64,000 nt of DNA from Candidatus Levyibacteriota bacterium (GTDB lineage: Bacteria > Patescibacteriota > Microgenomatia > Levybacterales > UBA12049): assembly GCA_016182185.1 (NCBI GenBank), contig JACOXU010000001.1:207251-271250 (forward strand), written 5' to 3'. The translations under genes and the position numbers were made by a program. Below are positions 19,879 to 28,846 of this stretch, piece after piece. Under the pieces are notes generated by a model that did no database searches, had not been told where the DNA came from, and saw only the letters and a list, made by a program, of their open reading frames with translations. The first letter of the stretch is position 1. Each line of letters begins with the position of its first letter.

Positions 19879-20871
19879 TTATTCATCATCAAATAAATTC
19901 GTATTAAAATATTTATGATTTATTTTCAGATCCCTACTGATTAATAGATGTGAGAAATTCTTGTACAGCAATTTTGTAATCTCCAATGCGCTCGACGGTA
20001 TACAGTAAACTACTTTATATGGTATACTTTCCAATCCTTTATTCAAAGCTAAACATTCCTGATAATATTTATGAATATTTCTTGTACTACCCGAGTAAAT
20101 TTTATAATTTATTAATTCGGCCACGGAAACATGTCTTGTGTATTTACGTCCGATAATTTTATATGATTTTTCGAGAGCATCCTGATTAGAAGTATGTTCA
20201 TTATATACTAACGTAGCCAATTGCATGTGTTCAGTTTTTACTAAAACAGTGATCTTATTAGGCAAAAAATTGAATTTCTTCTTGATAAGAATTTTAAGCA
20301 GTGGGGCAATAAAAGGAGTAATTAGATCAACATCACGACAGAGATATGGATTAAAATAATCATTTCTATATAAAATGCCTGAATAAGACGTAATGTGCAA
20401 TATAACTCCTTTATCAACTTCTTCTAAACCCTGCACTTGTTCTAAGTATTTATGATCATGAATTGTTATTCTTGTAAATCGAGGAGGCTTGCTTATAAAT
20501 TCTACATACCCCCCTCTTACAACATGTACGTCTTTATCCTTCTTGATTAAAGTAAGTAAATCCCTCAAAACACCACTGTAAGCCAGGATGTCATCATCTC
20601 CCAACAGGAATGAATACTTAAAGCCTCTGATTTTGACATAGTTTGTAGCAAGCCTAAAATTTTTTGCAAAACCGATATTCCTTCTGTGTCTTACGTATGT
20701 AATCTTTGAATTTTTTGGAAAATACTCAGAAACAGGTTTTTTTGAAGCATTATCAAAAACAAATATGTGGAATGGGGCATGTTTTTGCATGAGCACAGAT
20801 TTTAAAGCTAGTCCAAATTCCTCAAACCTGTTATGGGTTAGAATAATTACAGCAATTTTGTTATGATTCAT
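19879..20871 (-). CDS. GT2 glycosyltransferase (possibly WbaV/RfbV-like dideoxyhexosyltransferase)
   Basis: ILTHNR, DNAS, RNIGFAKNF, LLGDDD; context of CDP-sugar genes. Confidence 0.7.
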   Translation of the reverse strand: MNHNKIAVIILTHNRFEEFGLALKSVLMQKHAPFHIFVFDNASKKPVSEYFPKNSKITYVRHRRNIGFAKNFRLATNYVKIRGFKYSFLLGDDDILAYSGVLRDLLTLIKKDKDVHVVRGGYVEFISKPPRFTRITIHDHKYLEQVQGLEEVDKGVILHITSYSGILYRNDYFNPYLCRDVDLITPFIAPLLKILIKKKFNFLPNKITVLVKTEHMQLATLVYNEHTSNQDALEKSYKIIGRKYTRHVSVAELINYKIYSGSTRNIHKYYQECLALNKGLESIPYKVVYCIPSSALEITKLLYKNFSHLLISRDLKINHKYFNTNLFDDE

Positions 20872-20895
20872 TGGTAATGGCTTATTTAGGATCCG

Positions 20896-21756
20896 CTAAG
20901 GTAAGGTAGCTAAATATCTTATCAATGCAGTTCTCCATGGAGGCAAAACAACACCCAAAGATTTTGCGCTTGTATTCTTAAGAGAGGACACTACGGGAAT
21001 TCTTATACCTTTAAAAACTCCTTTTCTGTCTACAGGAACAATTTCTAAATTAAGCCTTCTTAATTTAACAATTTCCTGTGCAATTTTTACCCAAGAGCAA
21101 TAACCGGTGTTTACCAAATGATAAATTCCTGAACTTGCTTTTTTTTCCAATAATTCTAGTACTCCGCTTGCCAAGTCTTCTGCGTACGCTACGCTTACAA
21201 TTTGCTCCGATGAGATCTCCAAAGTTTTTTTGTTTTTCGCCTCATTTAATATATACAGTATGAAATTTCCTTTTTTAGCTCTACTTCCTCTCTGTCCTCC
21301 AAAAACTCCGCATGTTCTTATTATAATCGTATCCGAATTATAATTAATTGAAGCGATTTCTCCTGCAAATTTTGATAGTCCATAAATTTGCAAAGGGTTT
21401 GGTATATCTTTTTCAACATACGGACCCTCCTTGTCCCCATCGAAAACCCAACTCGTACTAAAATGAACAAATTTTATTTTTTTTTGACTGCATAAATCTC
21501 CTATGTTTCTTACAGCCAAGGTATTAATATTAAAGGCTTTTTGAGGATACCTCTCGCAATTTAATACTACATGATATGCGGCAGTATTAATAACAATTTC
21601 CGGTCTGACTCTATCGATCTTTTTTTTTAGTCTATCAAAATTAGTAATATCTAATTCTTGTTTACTAAAAGCGTGTATTTCATGTCCGTAAATATTAGAA
21701 ATGCGTTCAATTTGGGCGCCTATCTGACCATTTTTACCTAAAAGCAATATTCTCAT
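20896..21756 (-). CDS. rmlD: NDP-4-keto-6-deoxyhexose reductase (RmlD-like)
   Basis: LGKNGQIG, INTAAY, STSWVFDG, PNPLQIYGLSK. Confidence 0.8.
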   Translation of the reverse strand: MRILLLGKNGQIGAQIERISNIYGHEIHAFSKQELDITNFDRLKKKIDRVRPEIVINTAAYHVVLNCERYPQKAFNINTLAVRNIGDLCSQKKIKFVHFSTSWVFDGDKEGPYVEKDIPNPLQIYGLSKFAGEIASINYNSDTIIIRTCGVFGGQRGSRAKKGNFILYILNEAKNKKTLEISSEQIVSVAYAEDLASGVLELLEKKASSGIYHLVNTGYCSWVKIAQEIVKLRRLNLEIVPVDRKGVFKGIRIPVVSSLKNTSAKSLGVVLPPWRTALIRYLATLP

Positions 21757-21762
21757 TTTTTT

Positions 21763-22212
21763 TCATTTCATGACAATATCCCAGGAATATGGGACTTTTT
21801 GACTTAATGGATCTATTCTAATTATCTCTTTCTCATTGTATGGATGCGTAGAGCAATTAATAAGTACTGCTGGTTTTACGCCGATCGTTTTATAACCATT
21901 AATTACTCCCGGGGGAATTTGTACTAGGCAGTAATTATCTTCTCCAACAAATATTTCCTGAAGTCTCTTGTATGTTTTTGAATTCTTCCTATCATCAAAT
22001 AGGACCAGCTTAATCATTCCCTCCGCAACACAATAGTTTAGTGTCATTTTTTTGTGTTTATGCCAGCCTTTAATAATTCCCGGATAGCTTTTGGAAAAAT
22101 AGACTTCTCCAAAACGCTCGAACTCCCTATCGTCCTCTCTTAACATATGCATAATTGTGCCTCTTTCATCTGGGATTTTACTCAATTTTTTAATGTGGAC
22201 TCCGTCTATCAT
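21763..22212 (-). CDS. NDP-4-keto-6-deoxyglucose 3,5-epimerase family cupin (RmlC-like)
   Basis: DERG, KGWHKH, LFDDR..SKTY, IPPGV. Confidence 0.8.
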   Translation of the reverse strand: MIDGVHIKKLSKIPDERGTIMHMLREDDREFERFGEVYFSKSYPGIIKGWHKHKKMTLNYCVAEGMIKLVLFDDRKNSKTYKRLQEIFVGEDNYCLVQIPPGVINGYKTIGVKPAVLINCSTHPYNEKEIIRIDPLSQKVPYSWDIVMK

Positions 22213-23225
22213 ATCCAGTAAAGTTTTTTGTTTATTTTACGACTATCCAGTAAATATTTCAATTTTTTCATTCTGAAATAATCCGCGCTCTTAAGTTCCG
22301 CCGCAGTCAATTTGGTTTCCTTAAAAAATTTTATCAACTCACTAATACTCTTTTGCAAGTTCATCTTGAATCTGAATTTTGGAAATTTTGTGTTAAACTT
22401 GTAAAAATTCATTTTATAACTTCTTCTATCTCTGCTCTTCTTGTCGCCGAAAACTATTTTACATTCAGGCAATTGTCCATGTATCTCTTGAGCGATATTA
22501 ATAATTAAATAGTTTTGGCTATTTTCTCCTACCAGAAATACTTGATTGTGCACAAGCAACCTCTGACTCTCTATCATTAGCATAAAAACGCGGGATAAAT
22601 CTTTTACATGAATTACAGGACGCCAAGCTCTTCCATCGGATAGAAGAATTATCTTACGGTTAGCTATAGCACAGGCCACAAGATTATTAACCACAAGATC
22701 CAATCTTATGTTGGGAGAATAACCATGAACTGTCGGGTTACGCAGAATAATAGGAGAAAAATTTTCATTAGACAATTCCAGCAATGCTTTTTCTGTCTGA
22801 ACTTTGGTTTTTGCGTAACTGGTCAAAGGGTTGACTGAATCCTCCTCTGTTACCGAAGCTTTAAATTTATTTCCATAAACACTACAAGAAGAGGAAAATA
22901 TAAATCTCTTAACTCCTGTCTGCTTACTTAATTCTGCTAGTCGAACTGAAGCCGAAAAGTTTATTTCGCGAGTTAAGGCAGAATTTAGCTCAGCCATCGG
23001 ATCATTGGACAGAGCTGCTAGATGAACAACAGAGTCAACTCCTTCTAAATCCCTTTTCTCCAGTTTTCGAATATCTTTTTTGAGTCTTGGGTAGGAAAAC
23101 TTTTTCTTATTACTCACAAAATAGTCGGTGTCGCAACCGACAACAGAATATTTTTTGTGAACGAGCATAGGAACCAATACTGCTCCGATATAACCTTGAT
23201 CGCCGGTAACCAAAATTTTTTTCAT
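22209..23225 (-). CDS. NAD-dependent sugar epimerase/dehydratase (extended SDR)
   Basis: TGDQGYIG, HLAALSNDP, SSSCSVYG, YAKTK, RLDLVVN; ATG at 23225 preferred. Confidence 0.85.
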   Translation of the reverse strand: MKKILVTGDQGYIGAVLVPMLVHKKYSVVGCDTDYFVSNKKKFSYPRLKKDIRKLEKRDLEGVDSVVHLAALSNDPMAELNSALTREINFSASVRLAELSKQTGVKRFIFSSSCSVYGNKFKASVTEEDSVNPLTSYAKTKVQTEKALLELSNENFSPIILRNPTVHGYSPNIRLDLVVNNLVACAIANRKIILLSDGRAWRPVIHVKDLSRVFMLMIESQRLLVHNQVFLVGENSQNYLIINIAQEIHGQLPECKIVFGDKKSRDRRSYKMNFYKFNTKFPKFRFKMNLQKSISELIKFFKETKLTAAELKSADYFRMKKLKYLLDSRKINKKLYWI

Positions 23226-23233
23226 AACTTTCT

Positions 23234-24007
23234 CTACCAAATTTTCCAGACAGGATTATCCACCCATTGTTTGTTCAGCTCTTCTAAATCTTGATAAGTA
23301 TCTACAGCCGACCAATAACCGTTGTGGGCATAAACAGCCAATTGTCTTATCTTAACTAAACGCTCGAGTGCAATTTCTATTGTTTCTTCTGGTTTCACGT
23401 ATTTTAAAAAGGACTTTTTAAAAACCATAAAACCCCCATTAACATATTGATTAAGAAGAGGCTTTTGTACAAAATTTTTGATGATGCCATCCTTATCCGC
23501 TATCACTAAACCCCACTTTGATTTAGGATGTACACCTGTAATAGCGCCAACTGTTTTTTTTGATTTAAAATAAGATAACAATTTAAGTATGTTTATATTA
23601 CCTATACCATCTCCATAGGTTGCCATAAAAATGTCTGACTTGATATATTTTTTAACGCGGAGCAAACGTTCTCCAGTTAGGGTTTCAAGTCCTGTATTAA
23701 CAAAAGTAATTTTAAAATTTTCATGCTTTTCGACACTTCTTCGATAAATTATTTTCCTACCCGTTTTTACTTTAATAGTAAAATCATGAATAAGATACTC
23801 TTCATTTAGAAAGTAGCTTTTAATATAGTCTCCCTTATAGCCTAAAGCGATAATAAAATTATTAAATCCGTAATGAGAATAAATTTTCATGATATGCCAA
23901 AGAATCGGTTTCTCTCCGACAAGCACCATTGGTTTTGGACGAAATTCTGTTTCTTCTTTCATTCTAGTCCCTTGTCCGCCACAAAAAATAACAATAGGAA
24001 TATTCAT
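23234..24007 (-). CDS. rfbF: Glucose-1-phosphate cytidylyltransferase
   Basis: CGGQGTRMKEETEFRPKPMV, PILWHIMKIY, TGLETLTGERL, TYGDG, VNGGF; ATG at 24007. Confidence 0.9.
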   Translation of the reverse strand: MNIPIVIFCGGQGTRMKEETEFRPKPMVLVGEKPILWHIMKIYSHYGFNNFIIALGYKGDYIKSYFLNEEYLIHDFTIKVKTGRKIIYRRSVEKHENFKITFVNTGLETLTGERLLRVKKYIKSDIFMATYGDGIGNINILKLLSYFKSKKTVGAITGVHPKSKWGLVIADKDGIIKNFVQKPLLNQYVNGGFMVFKKSFLKYVKPEETIEIALERLVKIRQLAVYAHNGYWSAVDTYQDLEELNKQWVDNPVWKIW

Positions 24008-24075
24008 GATTAACGAGTATAGCATAGCTAATTCTACCTTGTCGAATATTTTAATTTCAAGTATAATCCTGAATA
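24008..24075. promoter_or_regulatory. Overlapping divergent sigma70 promoters
   Basis: Plus: TTGTCG(24039)-17nt-TATAAT(24062). Minus: TTGAAA-18nt-TAGAAT and an extended TGcTATACT. Confidence 0.65.
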
Positions 24076-25290
24076 ATGATTAGCAGTCCAAAAAAAATAA
24101 GAATCCCATATGCTTTGGCTGTATATGATGAGAAAGAAAAAAAACGAATTATAAAAGTTTTAGACGAACACAGAACCAATCTTGGGAGTGAAACTATTTC
24201 GTTTGAGAAAAGTGTGGCAAGACTTTTTGGTAAAAAATTTGGGGTAATGGTAAATTCCGGATCTTCGGCAAATTATCTCGCAGTTGAGTTACTTCAGCTT
24301 CCTCCCGGATCAGAAGTGATCACTCCTCTTTTGACTTTCTCAACAACGGTTGCACCACTTATTCAGCACCGCCTTATTCCAGTTTTTGCAGACGTTGAAC
24401 CAGGTAAATATACGATTGACATAAATCAAATCGAAAAACTCATCTCAAAAAAAACAAAAGCTTTAATGATTCCGCTACTTTTAGGTAATGTGCCAGACAT
24501 GCATGAACTCGCAGGTCTTGCCAAAAAATACAAACTACGATTTATTGAGGACTCATGTGATACATTGGGTGCAAGGTTTAACAAAAAACCTACCGGAAGT
24601 TTTTCCGATATTTCTACTACTAGCTTTTTTGGGTCACATATTATAACTACCGGAGGGAATGGAGGCATGATCTTGATGAATAAATCTAAATGGAAAGACA
24701 GAGCGAAAGTTTTAAGAGGTTGGGGAAGAAGTTCTTCCCTTTTTAGTGAGTCAGAGCAAATTTCAAAACGTTTCAAAACAAAGATAGGTGATATTCCATA
24801 TGATGCTAAATTTATATTTGAAGAGATTGGATATAATTTCCTTCCTTCGGAAATTGGCTCCGCCTTTGGTAACGAGCAGCTTAAAAAACTTCCGACATTC
24901 AGAAGAAAAAGGAGAATACATTTTGCAAGATTACGGAAATTTTTTAAAAAGTATGAAGAATTTTTTATCCTTCCCATACAAAACCCCTCTGCGGAAACTC
25001 AATGGCTCGCTTTCCCGCTGACGATTAGGAAAGAGTCTCCTTTTTCCAGAATGGAAATTACTACATATCTTGAAAAAAATAATGTTCAAACTCGTCCAAT
25101 TTTTACGGGGAGCGTTCTTAGGCAACCTGGCTTTAGAAACATAGTTCATCGCTCTGTTAATAATGGGGCTCCAGTGACTCGCGAAGTTATGGAACGAGGT
25201 TTTCTAATAGGTTGTCATCATGGACTTGAAGAAAAACATATAGAAAAGCTGAAGGAACTTTTCAGGAGATTTTTAAAACGGTACGCTTAA
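24076..25290 (+). CDS. Second PLP/PMP-dependent 3-dehydratase (RfbH/DdhC/ColD-like)
   Basis: VNSGSSAN, LLGN, EDSCD, SFFGSHIIT (His), RGWGR, YDAKF..IGYN, TRPIFTG. Confidence 0.8.
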   Translation: MISSPKKIRIPYALAVYDEKEKKRIIKVLDEHRTNLGSETISFEKSVARLFGKKFGVMVNSGSSANYLAVELLQLPPGSEVITPLLTFSTTVAPLIQHRLIPVFADVEPGKYTIDINQIEKLISKKTKALMIPLLLGNVPDMHELAGLAKKYKLRFIEDSCDTLGARFNKKPTGSFSDISTTSFFGSHIITTGGNGGMILMNKSKWKDRAKVLRGWGRSSSLFSESEQISKRFKTKIGDIPYDAKFIFEEIGYNFLPSEIGSAFGNEQLKKLPTFRRKRRIHFARLRKFFKKYEEFFILPIQNPSAETQWLAFPLTIRKESPFSRMEITTYLEKNNVQTRPIFTGSVLRQPGFRNIVHRSVNNGAPVTREVMERGFLIGCHHGLEEKHIEKLKELFRRFLKRYA

Positions 25291-26750
25291 ATTTTAATCA
25301 ACTTTTTAATTTTATAAATACGAACATCTCCAAACTTAGCGGCCATCATATAGTTTTCATCGAGGAATTCATAAAACGGCCAGTCATTAAGAGAAGGTAC
25401 CTGCGGATAATCGACGTGATTTAATTTACTATCGATAACAAATTTAGGAGGATCCATTTCAATTTCTCGGGCGCTTTTGTCGTAAGGTTTAAGAAGCCAT
25501 GGAATAGGCCACAAATACTTATTCGCTGGAAGGCGCTGACTTAAAAAAAGTATATAGTGATTTCCAAGATTCATAATCTTTTCGTCTTTAACCGTATTCT
25601 TCTTAAGCCACACCACAGCTTTCAAATCGTCTTTATTATAATCTACAATATTGTATGGTTTTCCTGGAAAAGATTGGATGTACTCAAAAAGGTTTTGTAC
25701 GTAAGGAATTGAAACAAGTGTGAAAACGATCAGAATAATAAATGACGTTTTAGAAAAAAGGCCGAAGTTTTTGTCGGAGAATTTTGATGACATTGAAATG
25801 AGCTTTGCGAATAAAAATCCGTATCCGACTGAAGAAATGACAAAAAGACCGCGCAAACGATTGATATAAAAGCTCGGTAAAAGTCCAAAAAGAAGCCCGA
25901 ACGCAAACAAGACTAACACAATTACGGCTTCTCTTTCAAATGATGATAAATATTTTTTCTTGTAGATGAAAAGTAAAGGAAAAACAAAAGATGTAAAAAT
26001 AAAAGCGACTTTTAGTCCTTCAGAAGCTGATGCTACGGGCGCATCTTTTGCATATGTTGTTAGATTAAATAAAATGTTCCAGTAAAAGAAATCGATGAAT
26101 GCATTCTGTAAAAAAAAATATAGTGAAATAATCCCTATTACAGAACTGAGTCCTAGAGAAAACCACCAAATTTCTATATTTAATGCCCATCTCTCTTCCC
26201 TGATTTTTTTTACGAAAAGATATATAAATATAACAGGAGCAAGAACAGCAACAACTTGTTTTGTCATAATAGCGGCGCCTATAGATGCGCCGCTTAAAAA
26301 AATGTATTTATCTTTATTTGTTTTTATATACCGCACGAAAAGATACAAGGAGATTGAAGAGAAAAACGCAACAGTTACTTCTTCAAGCTGTGAGTCGGAA
26401 AAGAAAGGAAGGTAGAAAATCGTAAAAAACAAAACGGCAAAAAATCCCGATTTCTGTGAAAGATAGCTTCCGCTTTTGTAGACAAAAAAAAGAGTTAATA
26501 AAACGGTTAATAAAAAATACAGTCTGTAGGCAAAGAATGTATAACCGAAAGTCGTATAGAATCCAGTTAATATAAACTGCATAAGTGGAGTATGGTGATA
26601 AACAATATCTCTATATAAAACGAGGCCATTTTTAATAAGATATGGGACAGTTATATGAATAAGTTGTATGGGTAAGGAAAGTCCCAGATAGACGTAGGCA
26701 AAAAATGAACAAAGAAGAACAAACGCTACTACCAAAAGGATGTGTCGCAT
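25287..26750 (-). CDS. ArnT/PMT-like GT-C membrane glycosyltransferase
   Basis: LYRDIVYHHTPL, QLEE, MTKQ; multi-TM plus C-terminal soluble domain. Confidence 0.7.
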   Translation of the reverse strand: MRHILLVVAFVLLCSFFAYVYLGLSLPIQLIHITVPYLIKNGLVLYRDIVYHHTPLMQFILTGFYTTFGYTFFAYRLYFLLTVLLTLFFVYKSGSYLSQKSGFFAVLFFTIFYLPFFSDSQLEEVTVAFFSSISLYLFVRYIKTNKDKYIFLSGASIGAAIMTKQVVAVLAPVIFIYLFVKKIREERWALNIEIWWFSLGLSSVIGIISLYFFLQNAFIDFFYWNILFNLTTYAKDAPVASASEGLKVAFIFTSFVFPLLFIYKKKYLSSFEREAVIVLVLFAFGLLFGLLPSFYINRLRGLFVISSVGYGFLFAKLISMSSKFSDKNFGLFSKTSFIILIVFTLVSIPYVQNLFEYIQSFPGKPYNIVDYNKDDLKAVVWLKKNTVKDEKIMNLGNHYILFLSQRLPANKYLWPIPWLLKPYDKSAREIEMDPPKFVIDSKLNHVDYPQVPSLNDWPFYEFLDENYMMAAKFGDVRIYKIKKLIKI

Positions 26751-27470
26751 TTAAAAATATCCTAAAGCCCGAAGTCTTTTCATGATTACTTCTCTATCCT
26801 TTGCTCGTCCAGACCTTTCATCTCCCCCAGACTTTGCTGGTTTTGTAAATTCTTTCTCGCCCAGAGACCTGTACCCCAAATCGTATAATGAGATGTAGGG
26901 AACATTTTTACTATGAATGTACTCCCATATATCTTCTTCTGTCCAATGAAGAAGCGGGTGAATCCGGATATGATCTTCTCGCTTGGAAAAATATTTCTCA
27001 TCTATTCTTTCCTTATGCTCGTCCCATCGAATTCCAATAACAAGAGCGGGCAGTTTGTGTTCTTTTACCGCCTGTTTTAGAAGAATAATTTTCATCATAC
27101 TTGCAAAGGTTACCCTATCCCTTTTTGTTTTTTGTTTTTTATACTCGGATGCTAATTTTTTCGAGGGCTTTATAGTAATTAGGTTAAGATTCCACATTCT
27201 GTTTGTCCTTTCTATAAAATTGTAAACCTCCTCAAAATCTAATCCCGTATCCAGAAATAAAACAGGAAATTTTGCTTTTGCTCCAAACATTTCTCGAATT
27301 AAATGAAGTAGGACCGTGGAGTCCTTACCTCCTGTCCAGAATATTGCCATCTGCTCCCCATGCGCTTTAAACGCTTCATTTAATTTCTCTCTACTTTTAG
27401 CAATCTTTTTACTAAGAGAGGTGATTAATTTTTTTTTCATTTTTTTATTTTTATTTTTATTTAATTTCAT
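26751..27470 (-). CDS. PAPS-reductase-fold PP-loop protein, CysD (sulfate adenylyltransferase subunit 2)-like
   Basis: TGGKDS, LDTG..F.E, GIRWDE, RIHPLLHWTEEDIW, GYRSLG, ERSGRAKD..RLRALGYF; no ECGLH or Cys motifs. Confidence 0.8.
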   Translation of the reverse strand: MKLNKNKNKKMKKKLITSLSKKIAKSREKLNEAFKAHGEQMAIFWTGGKDSTVLLHLIREMFGAKAKFPVLFLDTGLDFEEVYNFIERTNRMWNLNLITIKPSKKLASEYKKQKTKRDRVTFASMMKIILLKQAVKEHKLPALVIGIRWDEHKERIDEKYFSKREDHIRIHPLLHWTEEDIWEYIHSKNVPYISLYDLGYRSLGEKEFTKPAKSGGDERSGRAKDREVIMKRLRALGYF

Positions 27471-27487
27471 AAATCTTTAATCATATT

Positions 27488-27550
27488 AGTTTATCAGTGA
27501 AAACATATACTGTCAACCTAATTGACTTATGAAGAGTCCTTATTTATACT
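27488..27550. promoter_or_regulatory. Back-to-back divergent sigma70 promoters
   Basis: Plus: TTGACT(27522)-17nt-TATACT(27545), 6 nt before ATG 27557. Minus: TTGACA(27516)-17nt-TAAACT. Confidence 0.7.
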
Positions 27551-27556
27551 TCTGTA

Positions 27557-28252
27557 ATGAACAGAATAAAACCAACAGTTTCTATTATTGTCCCTCTTTA
27601 TAACGACAAGAAATTTATTCTCGAAACTCTAAAAAGAATCGAAAAAGCAAAAATTCCGGGATTTAAAAAAGAAATAATTGTCGTCGATGATTATTCAACA
27701 GATGGAGGGCGCGAACTTATTAAAAAATATAAAAACAAATATAAAATCATTCTTCACAAAAAAAATATCGGGGTCGGCGGCGCATTACGCTCGGGCATTA
27801 AGGTGGCGACAGGAGAATATATTGTAAGACAAGACGATGATCTTGAATATGACCCGAATGATATTTTTTACCTTCTTCATCCGCTCATAACAAACCAGGC
27901 TGACATAGTATATGGATCCCGAACCCTAAATAAAAATAATGATTATTCTAAAAAATCCTACTATTGGGGAGGAAGACTACTTAATCTAATTTTTAACATC
28001 TTATATTTAAATACCATAAGCGATTTCATCACGGGTTCAAAAGTTTTTAAAAGAAGTGTATTTAACAATTTGCACCTTGAGACAAATGGGTTTGAGATTG
28101 AATCTGAAATATCGGCAAAAGCCACCAAGGAAAAATACCGGATAGTAAGCCTGCCTATAGCGTATCGCTCCCGAAGTTTTGAAGAGGGTAAAAATATCCG
28201 TTGGTACCATGCTTTTTCAATAATAGTGACTTTGATTAAATATAGGTTCTAG
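27557..28252 (+). CDS. Dolichol/polyprenol-phosphate mannose synthase-like GT2 (DPM1-like)
   Basis: VDDYSTDG, QDDDLEYDP, VYGSR, FEIESEI, YRSRSFEEGKNI. Confidence 0.88.
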   Translation: MNRIKPTVSIIVPLYNDKKFILETLKRIEKAKIPGFKKEIIVVDDYSTDGGRELIKKYKNKYKIILHKKNIGVGGALRSGIKVATGEYIVRQDDDLEYDPNDIFYLLHPLITNQADIVYGSRTLNKNNDYSKKSYYWGGRLLNLIFNILYLNTISDFITGSKVFKRSVFNNLHLETNGFEIESEISAKATKEKYRIVSLPIAYRSRSFEEGKNIRWYHAFSIIVTLIKYRF

Positions 28253-28267
28253 ATAACATTTTCAATA

Positions 28268-28296
28268 TTGCTACAATTTTCCTAATCGTGTATTAT
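28268..28296 (+). promoter_or_regulatory. Putative sigma70 promoter, leaderless type
   Basis: TTGCTA-17nt-TATTAT, 7 nt before ATG 28304. Confidence 0.55.
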
Positions 28297-28303
28297 TTAT
28301 AGA

Positions 28304-28846
28304 ATGAAATTTATAACTCTCTTATCCTTGTTTTTCGTAACTTTATTTTTAGCAAATACACCATCGCTTTATGCGCAGGGGTCAACGGAATCTGCAAGCC
28401 CAAAGGTAGATTACACGCTTCCCTATCCTGGAATACTTCCTGATCATCCGCTTTATAAACTAAAAGTTCTGCGGGATAAATTAATTCCTTTATTTATCAG
28501 TGCTCCGCAAAAAAAGGTTGAATTTTATTTACTTCAAACAGATAAAGGTATCGAGGCAACCAGAGTGCTTGTAAAAAAGGGTGATATTGAGCTTGCTAAA
28601 GAAACGGGACTCAAGGCAGAAAATAATTATACAATCCTTTCATATATTGTCAAAGCAAATAAATTGGATATATCCGATAAAGAGTATGCTAAGCTTTATT
28701 TGGCGGCTGAGAAACATCAGGATGTATTACGCACGATTATTTCATCAGTTCCCAAGAAGGATCAAAAGATCTTTCAGACAATACTATATTTTTCTGAGAA
28801 GAATGAGAAAGAAATCAAAAATACACAAAATTCTCTCATCAAGTAA
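28304..28846 (+). CDS. Exported DUF5667-like helical protein
   Basis: Signal peptide (..SLYA/Q); YTLPYPGILPDHPLYKLK.LRD..L..DK motif. Confidence 0.75.
   Translation: MKFITLLSLFFVTLFLANTPSLYAQGSTESASPKVDYTLPYPGILPDHPLYKLKVLRDKLIPLFISAPQKKVEFYLLQTDKGIEATRVLVKKGDIELAKETGLKAENNYTILSYIVKANKLDISDKEYAKLYLAAEKHQDVLRTIISSVPKKDQKIFQTILYFSEKNEKEIKNTQNSLIK

Noticed and set aside
24426-24977. 183-aa minus-strand ORF
   Set aside because: Antisense shadow of the well-supported plus-strand dehydratase; no recognisable motifs
27429-27462. TTTTTA-type repeat at the start of the CysD-like gene
   Set aside because: 6-nt period low-complexity sequence (KNKNKK), not part of the heptamer family; may lie upstream of the real start at 27440
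26751-27470. Possible DndC/phosphorothioation or true PAPS reductase
   Set aside because: Too short for DndC, no other dnd/ssp genes, and lacks the ECGLH and Cys motifs
28581-28802. Long 5' extension of the GT-C ORF overlapping the DUF5667 gene (likewise extensions to 54195, 51065, 47221 and 40417)
   Set aside because: Longest-ORF artefacts; downstream coupled starts fit the domain boundaries better
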